This document shows, piece after piece, positions 56,420 to 64,000 of a stretch of DNA of 64,000 nt. The stretch's first letter is position 1. Each line of letters opens with the position of its first letter. The position numbers and the translations under genes are program-made. The notes below the pieces were generated by a model. The model had not been told where the DNA came from and made no database searches. It saw only the letters and a list, made by a program, of their open reading frames with translations. The stretch is taken from sequence record KU521356.1. One strand, given 5' to 3'.

Positions 56420-56496
56420 TGGTGGGCCCAGCAGGACTTGAACCTGCGACCAAGCGATTATGAGTCGCCTGCTCTAACCAACTGAGCTATAGGCCC
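56420..56496 (-). tRNA. tRNA with CAU anticodon, most likely tRNA-Ile2
   Basis: Cloverleaf; GGCGACTCATAATCGCTTGGTCGC matches the bacterial ileX-type arm; paired G1-C72; encoded CCA. Confidence 0.9.
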
Positions 56497-56503
56497 TTTT
56501 TAT

Positions 56504-56797
56504 TTATTCTGGTAAGAATGTTCCATCTTTTTGACGGACTAATACACCTGACCATTTGAATGTATTTGTATCACTAGCAGGGCACTCTCTAATTACATTG
56601 GTTCTAAATGTGCCATGTGGATAGGTTACAGTGAATGTAATATGGTTATTACAAACATGTAATACAGAAGACTTTGCTTCTGTTAGATAGTGTAAGCCTT
56701 GAGCTAATTGAATATTAGTTAATTCAGGGTCACTAAGAATAGCGTAAAGAGCTGTTCCTATAATTTGATGTTCCCATGATATCCATTTATTATCCAT
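56504..56797 (-). CDS. Hypothetical protein
   Basis: AGGT/AGGA RBS. Confidence 0.7.
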   Translation of the reverse strand: MDNKWISWEHQIIGTALYAILSDPELTNIQLAQGLHYLTEAKSSVLHVCNNHITFTVTYPHGTFRTNVIRECPASDTNTFKWSGVLVRQKDGTFLPE

Positions 56798-56818
56798 CCT
56801 ATTTACCTATTATTAAAA

Positions 56819-56894
56819 TGGTCGGAGTGGGGAGACTCGAACTCCCGACATCCTGCTCCCAAAGCAGGCGCGCTACCAACTGCGCTACACTCCG
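56819..56894 (-). tRNA. tRNA-Pro(UGG)
   Basis: Cloverleaf, CCTGC-TTTGGGA-GCAGG, encoded CCA. Confidence 0.97.
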
Positions 56895-56903
56895 TATTTA
56901 AAT

Positions 56904-56988
56904 TGGTGCCCGAAGTCGGATTCGAACCGACAAGACCGTAGCCGGAAGATTTTAAGTCTTCTGTGTTTACCAATTTCACCATTCGGGC
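56904..56988 (-). tRNA. tRNA-Leu(UAA)
   Basis: Class II cloverleaf with long variable arm, GAAGA-CTTAAAA-TCTTC, encoded CCA. Confidence 0.97.
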
Positions 56989-57046
56989 ATTGTGCTTCAA
57001 TACATAACATGTAATGCTAGGTATTTTATTACAACTTATTTTAAAT

Positions 57047-57499
57047 TCAACGTGGCCATTGTAAAGAAGTTATCTTATTACCATTAATGTAGACATCGGT
57101 CACTTCGCACCAATCATTAATTCTGTGTTCAATAATTGGAACATCATTTCGGCCAGCCACTCCAATCATATTCCATTTAACATAAATATTCATTAGATCA
57201 ATTGTTAATTTCTCTTTTATGAGTTTAGGAGAAATTAATTTAATATTATTAATGTTAAAGAAGTAATTATTAACTTCTTCTAAATATTCATTAGTATTAG
57301 TAGTACTAACTTTGCCTTCATGTTCAAGTGAGGATGGTTTATTCTGATTTACAATATTGCTCACTAGACTTCTTAAAACGGCACTTGCCCTACCAGCTTC
57401 GCGTCTTTTATACTTATCATAGTCTTTTACATTAGCTGCAATTTTATCAAATTCTTTTTGGGCATAGATTAGCCCTGGTAAAAGTTCATTTTTGATCAT
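57047..57499 (-). CDS. Late protein, possibly head-associated
   Basis: TATGTA upstream; internal SSLEH resembles an S-x-E head-protease site. Confidence 0.6.
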   Translation of the reverse strand: MIKNELLPGLIYAQKEFDKIAANVKDYDKYKRREAGRASAVLRSLVSNIVNQNKPSSLEHEGKVSTTNTNEYLEEVNNYFFNINNIKLISPKLIKEKLTIDLMNIYVKWNMIGVAGRNDVPIIEHRINDWCEVTDVYINGNKITSLQWPR

Positions 57500-57559
57500 G
57501 TTATAATTACTCTATTTTATTTATACATATTTTAAGGTACACTAGTAAAAAACAAAAAA

Positions 57560-57702
57560 AATATAAAGCCTCCCCGAAGGGAGGCGATATATCGTCATTA
57601 ATGCCCAGCAAAGAGTTTTACTCTCTGGGAGCCAGTTGGAAGGGGGACTGGCTCCGATTTATTATGACTAATGTAGAAACGAGGGGGAGGGATCATTTCT
57701 AC
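57560..57702 (-). ncRNA. Candidate sRNA D (about 140 nt) with two C-rich loops
   Basis: TATGTAG start; three hairpins plus a closing stem; loops GAUCCCUCCCCCUC and CCCCCUUCCA; UUCG terminator with long U tract. Confidence 0.65.
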
Positions 57703-57724
57703 ATATCATTACATACTCAGTAAG

Positions 57725-59608
57725 TTATTCTTCAATACCAATGAGCGTATTGCGTTCATTAGTGTTCTCTACGGATGAACCACTTGGGAAGCTACTGATA
57801 GACGCTTGCATTAGTTTCAACATATCGATAGCAAATACTCGATAGGTAGATTCGACCTTAGCATCGTCGTACGCTGCATGAATGTTAAGAATGATATTAT
57901 CGGCCCGTTTAGCCAGCAGATATACGTCCTCAAGAGCATCTTTATCTTTAATAGTGGATAGCTTATGTTTGTAGATATCCCCATTGACAGATAGGTCAGG
58001 ATACTGGGCTACCCAAGTGTCCGCAATAGTCTTAGTGTTGTTAGACAGAACGTCAATGATAACGTTAGCTGCTTCCACAATACCGGTAGCATCAAGCAAC
58101 TTAATCTTAGCACCAGCATTATCTGGCCATTTGGGTTCTTGGAAGTTTGTCTTTACATTGGGTTTCCATTCAGCCAGAAGAGTAGCGACTTTCTTAGGGT
58201 CTTGCCAATCATTCCCTTTGAACAGATTAACCACGGGGGCTAGTATCTTACTGTTCTCATCCAGAACTTTCTGGTTGTGACGATCAGCTTTAGCTACAGC
58301 ATTAGTGATATTGGCTTTTGCGGTCTTAGGATCATTAGACGCGAACGTCTCGTAACTCGATACTTTTACTTCGCCGGTTTTAAGCTTTGCTTCTGCCACC
58401 CATTTGGCATCACCATAGGTACTTTTCAGTGTAGCAATAGCTTTCTTCTTTTTATCAAGATTGATCTCAGGGCCAGAGTCGAAGATACTCTTAATGGTGT
58501 CGATAAGACCTTCATTTGAGACTTGTATAAAACCGGGAGTATTAATGATGGACTTCTCTACATACCCGCCACGAATAACTCGATTTATAAAACCATTAAG
58601 ACCACTACCAGTTTCGGCCATATCTTTCATGATTTCTATATTTGTTTCACCAGCACTCTGGGCATTGTATAAATAATAAGAACCATCTTTAAATTTTAGT
58701 ATAATCCAGTCATCTCCAGTTAGATATGAATCAATATTACTATCATTCATACTTTGGTATTTAATGAATTCTGGATTAGTACTTAGTACTTCTTCAATAA
58801 ACTCTTCTAATGCCGCAGAATTATTAATAGCATCAACAGGTGGAATTTCACCATCAATGGGTTCAGTAGTTGGACCAGTAACAATGGCAGGTAACGGATC
58901 CTCCTCTACAATAACAGTTTCTTCCACTGGTAGAGCACCACATGAAGCATCAATTAGTTTATTAAAACTACTAATGATCTCACCAAGTGCTACAAGAACT
59001 GCTGGCTGTTCAACTTGTTCAACTTTAGCAATACCAGTTTCTGTAAATTCTTCAGTGATTCGGTTATAAACTTCTACTAGTTGGTTAGTAAGTTCTGCTA
59101 CTTTTGGCAGAGTCTGCTTAGACAGAGGTTCAACTACAGTTGTATCTGCTTCAACAAAAATAGAATCATCTTCTTCTAAACGGCTAGTATTAGCTGAGCC
59201 AGCTGTGAAGTTATAAGGCATATCTTGAATTACTTCATTAATTTCAGATGCCTCCATATCTTCATTTAGACGACCACTATAAGTACGCATCATACCTTCT
59301 GCTTCTTTAATAGTGGAATGCGCTAAGCGTCCCCAATCACCACGCATAATACCGCGCTCGGTAAGACCGCGTGCAGCTGAACCAAGATCAATAGGTTCTT
59401 CAATAAATGATTGTTCTTCAACCCACTCCTCATTACTGTAACATTCTTTTAGAATGGTTTTAAATTTAGTACTAAAGGGTTGTAGAATCTTTTTATCTAC
59501 TTGTTCAACATTTGTTTTAAAGTGTTCTAGACTTGGTGTAGCTTTTGAAGATACTTTTTCAGTACCGCTATATAGCGTACGGTTTAGGAAGTTTAGCATT
59601 TTATTCAT
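57725..59608 (-). CDS. phiKZ-type internal head protein
   Basis: Acidic N-half with S-x-E sites (PSLEH) and VSNEGLIDTIKSIF, typical of phiKZ inner-head paralogs. Confidence 0.7.
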   Translation of the reverse strand: MNKMLNFLNRTLYSGTEKVSSKATPSLEHFKTNVEQVDKKILQPFSTKFKTILKECYSNEEWVEEQSFIEEPIDLGSAARGLTERGIMRGDWGRLAHSTIKEAEGMMRTYSGRLNEDMEASEINEVIQDMPYNFTAGSANTSRLEEDDSIFVEADTTVVEPLSKQTLPKVAELTNQLVEVYNRITEEFTETGIAKVEQVEQPAVLVALGEIISSFNKLIDASCGALPVEETVIVEEDPLPAIVTGPTTEPIDGEIPPVDAINNSAALEEFIEEVLSTNPEFIKYQSMNDSNIDSYLTGDDWIILKFKDGSYYLYNAQSAGETNIEIMKDMAETGSGLNGFINRVIRGGYVEKSIINTPGFIQVSNEGLIDTIKSIFDSGPEINLDKKKKAIATLKSTYGDAKWVAEAKLKTGEVKVSSYETFASNDPKTAKANITNAVAKADRHNQKVLDENSKILAPVVNLFKGNDWQDPKKVATLLAEWKPNVKTNFQEPKWPDNAGAKIKLLDATGIVEAANVIIDVLSNNTKTIADTWVAQYPDLSVNGDIYKHKLSTIKDKDALEDVYLLAKRADNIILNIHAAYDDAKVESTYRVFAIDMLKLMQASISSFPSGSSVENTNERNTLIGIEE

Positions 59609-59663
59609 GTCTACTCTCTCGTTGATGACTGTTAATAAGAGTGCTATAGAATTGTTAGCATAA

Positions 59664-59685
59664 ACCCTCCCAATTAAGGGAGGGT
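59664..59685 (-). terminator. Terminator, 22-bp identical to 61338..61359
   Basis: ACCCTCCC-aattaa-GGGAGGGT (as read on + strand). Confidence 0.75.
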
Positions 59686-59693
59686 CATTATGT

Positions 59694-60107
59694 CTACATT
59701 ATATCCCGTGTACCATCATTCATTTCAACAACAGTGACTTTATCACCAACCTTTGGTTTTTCATTGGTAACTGTTTGAACCATGTACTGCTTGCCATCTG
59801 TATTAACAATCAGTTTACATTGGAATGTTTCAGTAGCACTAACATTATTACCGACTGCACCGCCAGCGGCACCACCGATTAAACCACCTACCCAACCTCC
59901 AGATTTACCAAAGATTGCTCGACCTAATACAGCGCCTGCGGTGGCTCCAACTGCACCTCCAACAGTAGTACCGACAACACTACTATCTTTAGCAACTAGC
60001 TGACATTCTGAATGTGCAATAATACCATCTGTAGTTGATTTTACTTCAGTTGCTGCAAATAGAACAGTAGACCATATTAAAACTACGAATGCGATAATCT
60101 TAATCAT
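59694..60107 (-). CDS. Glycine-zipper 2TM envelope protein (SlyB/Rick-17kDa-like)
   Basis: Signal peptide; GTTVGGAVGATAGAVLG...GGLIGGAAGGAVGN; C-terminal beta domain. Confidence 0.75.
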   Translation of the reverse strand: MIKIIAFVVLIWSTVLFAATEVKSTTDGIIAHSECQLVAKDSSVVGTTVGGAVGATAGAVLGRAIFGKSGGWVGGLIGGAAGGAVGNNVSATETFQCKLIVNTDGKQYMVQTVTNEKPKVGDKVTVVEMNDGTRDIM

Positions 60108-61267
60108 AAGAAGTCAACCTCAAATTCTTCTTCTTCACCAACATCATTTACAACGTTGACCATGTAATCAGGCTTCTCTTCTTCCTGAGGAGATGCTTGG
60201 GTTGATGAAATATCTAGGTAGTCTTCCATATAAAGAAGTGGGTTCTTCTCTGGCCAAACAAAATCAAATCCAGCTGATTCTTTAAACTCTACTTGATACT
60301 GTTCTACAACATCATTTTCAATACTTAGGAATGTTGCTGCGGCATTAGCATTGAAAAGTACCCAGTTAATAAGTTTAGTCGCATTAACACCAGTCAGTTC
60401 ACGACCTTCAGAGAATAGATAATTAACCCAGGTAACTTCAGTCTTTACAATTTCCCATAGTAGTTCAATGATTTTATCTTTACATTGGCTGTAAGCGAGT
60501 TTACCACGTTCAGTTGCCAGTAGTGCACGAATAACTTCTTGACCATACTGCGCATGGATTTCGAATTCGTCTTGGGCAATCTTCTTAACAGCAGCTGCAA
60601 TTTGCTGGAATGCACCGGTGCGGCCAATAGCGAAAGTTACAGCAAAGGATGCCATGAACTGAATACGCTCAAGGAAATATAGAGCGATGAAGAACATGAA
60701 TACCTTATTGTAAAGTTCTTGATCATTGGGTACCTGATTAAGAGCATACGCGTGAACTGCGTCATGTGCTTCACCCATAGTGCGGGCTACTGCAACCATT
60801 CGTTCTTGTGCTTCTTCTACCCTAAGAATTTCATCTAGAATAACTTTAGGATCTTTAAAGCTATTACGTACAATTTCAGAATAAGTTAAAGCATGTACGT
60901 CTTCATTATCATTAATACGTACATATCCTGCCCATACTCGTGAATCTGTCATGACAGGTGATAGAATATTAACAATGGAACGACTGGCTACAGAGTCAGC
61001 TTCCCATTGCCACGCCAGTGTCTTAATCATCATGTCATAAGTTGATTTATCACACGTTTCAAATTCTACTAGACAAGTGGAAAAGTCAAATTCTAGCTCA
61101 TCCCAATCAAGCATCTTTAGACGCTTATATAGCTCCCACATTTTAGGATAATGAGTGTGGATTGAATCTAGTAGACCTGGATCATCTCCAAGAATAATTT
61201 CCGGTAGATGATAATCACTCTTAGCAGCATTGAAGATTTTCTTTGGTAGTTGAGATTTAGTAGACAT
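60104..61267 (-). CDS. nrdB: Ribonucleotide reductase class Ia beta subunit
   Basis: WEADS, NEDVHALTY (Tyr radical), LERIQFMASF, DEFEIH di-iron ligands. Confidence 0.95.
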   Translation of the reverse strand: MSTKSQLPKKIFNAAKSDYHLPEIILGDDPGLLDSIHTHYPKMWELYKRLKMLDWDELEFDFSTCLVEFETCDKSTYDMMIKTLAWQWEADSVASRSIVNILSPVMTDSRVWAGYVRINDNEDVHALTYSEIVRNSFKDPKVILDEILRVEEAQERMVAVARTMGEAHDAVHAYALNQVPNDQELYNKVFMFFIALYFLERIQFMASFAVTFAIGRTGAFQQIAAAVKKIAQDEFEIHAQYGQEVIRALLATERGKLAYSQCKDKIIELLWEIVKTEVTWVNYLFSEGRELTGVNATKLINWVLFNANAAATFLSIENDVVEQYQVEFKESAGFDFVWPEKNPLLYMEDYLDISSTQASPQEEEKPDYMVNVVNDVGEEEEFEVDFL

Positions 61268-61367
61268 GTTAATTCCTTTACAATTTAAAAATATTTCTTA
61301 CAATAAATAATAGAGGTTAGTATAAATTGGGAATAACACCCTCCCAATTAAGGGAGGGTGTATACAC

Positions 61368-63656
61368 TTAAAGAGTGCACGAACCACCTGCACACCCAAC
61401 TTCAGTATTAGTTACCTCAACAGCACGTTCAAGTGATTTAATATCAAGTCCTGCTGCTGTTTCTAGATTTACATAATACCGGGTTTTCATTCCACGTTTC
61501 ACCATGTAGAAGTGATTACCTAGCATTTCATTAGAAGAGATCTTTTCAGAACCTACAATGCGTCGGTAGAGGTCCGCACTGATTGTTTGATCAGTCCACT
61601 TTTGAATAATGGCATAGCAATCAATAAGATCTTTAGTGGGGATATCATAAGCTGATTCATACACATAGGAGTCATCATCTCCATATGGAGCAGCCCATAG
61701 CACACGTGCACCATTATCAGTCTTATTAAGAATTAGGCGACGTACCGGGTATGGACCATTAGTTGACCCTAGTGCCTTAGATGATGCTTCACCAGGCATG
61801 TATGCAGCTAGTACGGAGTGTGCAATACCACCATTCTCCTTAATTTCTTTCTCTAGCTCATCCCATGGATAAAGTTCTTCAAAGCCACCTTCAATGATAG
61901 TATCCACTGACTTATTATAAGTCTTACGTGGAGTCCATCCCTCTGGCCATTTAGTCTTATGAATCCAAGGCGCATTCCCGCGTTCTTTAGAAATCTTAAG
62001 TGACGCCTTGATAAGGAAGTACATATGCCGTTCAGCAATGAAGTGGATTTCAGCTTTACCAGCATCGCTGCTATATTTAAGGCCAGCACGTGCCATATGT
62101 GTGGCTAGACCCATGATACCAACACCAGCACTCATTCGATTCTTAGCGGTTAGTGCAAGGTGTGGGAAAGCATACTCTGCATTAAGGATACAATAGTCAA
62201 TCATCTTAAGTGCGTAGTAAGCCGCCATTTCATAAGTTTGCTTATCAGGAACGTTATCCACTGCAATAGCAGCCAGTGAACAAGTAGCAATCTCACCGCG
62301 CCCGTGATCCTCACTAGAATAAAGATCTTCCATTCGATAGTAAGGCTTAGTGGGTTCTGCGATTTCAAGGCATAGGTTAGAACTGTAAATAGGTTCTTTA
62401 AATGGTGTATGATGATTGAGTTCATCAATTTGAGCTGAATAGATGGTTCCAGTCTCATATGCTTCAACTAGCATTGATTTGAGAAGATCCCGAGCATTTA
62501 CATAGGTTTTCTCAAATTTAGGATCCGCTTCATATTTTTCATAAAGCTTAATAAACTTATCAATATCACCACTATAGAAAGCATCATGTAGATCTGGAGC
62601 AGTAAATGGATTGAATACAAAGATCATGCCATCTTTCTGAGCCGCTTTCTTAGCAAAGAACTTATTACTTAGGAATGCATAGTGAAGATCACGGTTCTTC
62701 CTATCCTCAGTAGAACGTGGATTACGTAGCTGAGTAATCATATCTGCTTCAGGATCGAAAGCACTGTAGTAACACGTAACAGCACCACCTCGACCATTTT
62801 GTAGGTTAGCCCTTACTGCTTTACCAATTACATCGATGTATGGTTTCTTACCTTGGTGAATGATTAGGCCATTACGGATAGGATCACCAATTGACCTAGT
62901 CATTAAGTTAACACCAATGCCTGCTGATGATTGGGTCATGATGTTAGCAATATAATCGCCCATTGCCAGTGATACACCATTATCACCAGAAGCAAATAGG
63001 CAACATGATGCAAAACCACGAAGCTTAGTACCTAGGTTAACGTAGTTAGGTGTTGGCGCACTAAGAATTTTATTAGAAAGTAGTTTATAGTAATTCTCCA
63101 CATGAGTCATGCGAGTTTCAGCTGGCTCTTTTTCAGCTAGAGCCATTGCCATTCGCATATATACAAACTGGGCAGTCTCATATTCTTGACCAGTTTTACG
63201 ATTACGTAGAGCATACTTTCCACGAATGTGATGAAGTGAAAAATGCGGACAAAGTAGGTCAAGATCGTGATCAATGATCTTTTCAATCTGAGCGTATTCT
63301 TTACTACTATAATCTAATTTAACAATGATACCATCTTTACGCATCCTGGTTTGAAGCGCTTTAACAGTTGGGATGCCATTTAGACCATAGAACTTCTTAC
63401 GAAGATAAATCGCATATAGTCTACCAGCCATTAGATAATAAGACCATGTCTTACGATTTAAACATTCTTCAATAAGTTGTAATTGTAGTTCTTGTGATGA
63501 AGTTTTATCACCAAGAGCTTGAACAGCATCCATCACAACACTACTCCAATCCACCTTATCGCCAAGATGTTGGGCTGCCCATTCACCCCAACCATTAATC
63601 TTAGCAGGTGAGTATGCTTCTTCAGTACCGTCTAGTTTAATGATAGTTTTTAACAT
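61368..63656 (-). CDS. nrdA: Ribonucleotide reductase class Ia alpha subunit
   Basis: ATP-cone start MLKTIIKLDG, FASCC, SSNLCLEI, ATCSL, TRYYV, C-terminal CAGGSC; the ATG at 63707 coincides with a TATG promoter motif. Confidence 0.95.
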   Translation of the reverse strand: MLKTIIKLDGTEEAYSPAKINGWGEWAAQHLGDKVDWSSVVMDAVQALGDKTSSQELQLQLIEECLNRKTWSYYLMAGRLYAIYLRKKFYGLNGIPTVKALQTRMRKDGIIVKLDYSSKEYAQIEKIIDHDLDLLCPHFSLHHIRGKYALRNRKTGQEYETAQFVYMRMAMALAEKEPAETRMTHVENYYKLLSNKILSAPTPNYVNLGTKLRGFASCCLFASGDNGVSLAMGDYIANIMTQSSAGIGVNLMTRSIGDPIRNGLIIHQGKKPYIDVIGKAVRANLQNGRGGAVTCYYSAFDPEADMITQLRNPRSTEDRKNRDLHYAFLSNKFFAKKAAQKDGMIFVFNPFTAPDLHDAFYSGDIDKFIKLYEKYEADPKFEKTYVNARDLLKSMLVEAYETGTIYSAQIDELNHHTPFKEPIYSSNLCLEIAEPTKPYYRMEDLYSSEDHGRGEIATCSLAAIAVDNVPDKQTYEMAAYYALKMIDYCILNAEYAFPHLALTAKNRMSAGVGIMGLATHMARAGLKYSSDAGKAEIHFIAERHMYFLIKASLKISKERGNAPWIHKTKWPEGWTPRKTYNKSVDTIIEGGFEELYPWDELEKEIKENGGIAHSVLAAYMPGEASSKALGSTNGPYPVRRLILNKTDNGARVLWAAPYGDDDSYVYESAYDIPTKDLIDCYAIIQKWTDQTISADLYRRIVGSEKISSNEMLGNHFYMVKRGMKTRYYVNLETAAGLDIKSLERAVEVTNTEVGCAGGSCTL

Positions 63657-64000
63657 TGTTAATTTCCAATTGTGAGTCGTAAGTTCATGTGAAAAAGTAT
63701 TCAACATATCTTTAGATCAACTAAGTATTTTTACGACCCATTTTAAATGAATTTAGTTGATCTATTGTAAAAGCATATTATGGTACATTGGATATCTTTA
63801 TCTTAAAAACCTCTGTAGCCTTAGTGCCTTAAGGGTTACAGCTATATAGTCCAATATCGTTCTACCATGCTATTTAAGAGCTTTAAATAATAACCCACTA
63901 TGTACCCTTAGGTTTTATTTTATCAACAATATAGCTTAAAATAGAAATATACCTAAGTGCTTTTTACTATACTACTATTATTTATCGGAGTTAATTAAGA

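Noticed and set aside
56420-56496. Initiator or elongator tRNA-Met
   Set aside because: Lacks initiator identity elements, and the arm sequence matches Ile2-type tRNAs.
56803-57000. 65-aa ORF on the - strand
   Set aside because: Overlaps tRNA-Leu and tRNA-Pro entirely.
57984-62467. + strand ORFs opposite the head-protein, nrdB and nrdA genes, and similar antisense ORFs elsewhere (832-, 16501-, 16780-, 27671-)
   Set aside because: Antisense or alternate-frame shadows of long, well-supported genes, with no RBS.

Overview
AT-rich, densely coding segment of a phiKZ-like Pseudomonas jumbo phage (Phikzvirus type). The assignment is from recognition, not a database search. It rests on the six tRNAs (Thr-UGU, Asn-GUU, Asp-GUC, CAU, Pro-UGG, Leu-UAA), repeated TATATTAC early-promoter and TATG late-promoter motifs, dcd, an insertion-rich thyA, class Ia nrdA/nrdB and an inner-head-type protein. 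Positions 1-50.2 kb are a + strand accessory region of short genes in terminator/promoter-bounded cassettes; 50.2-64 kb is mostly - strand (tRNAs, structural-type genes, RNR). Recognisable accessory functions are an SspB-like ClpXP adaptor, an HslV-like Ntn peptidase, three AAA+ genes (one BCS1-like, one degenerate), a (p)ppGpp-hydrolase-like HD protein, two ADP-ribosyltransferase-fold genes, a Zn deaminase, a GIY-YIG-like domain, a TYW3-like protein and a Kelch propeller. The strongest new-system candidates are (1) short, structured, non-coding units running from a TATGTA promoter to a terminator-like hairpin, most with exposed C/U-rich tracts (47.4, 47.9, 54.1 and 57.6 kb), and (2) an array of paralogous exported two-cysteine helical proteins (25-28 kb). 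A decaying gene island lies at 17.7-19.4 kb. All protein calls are motif recognition by eye and RNA folds are hand-paired; none is computed or experimentally shown.
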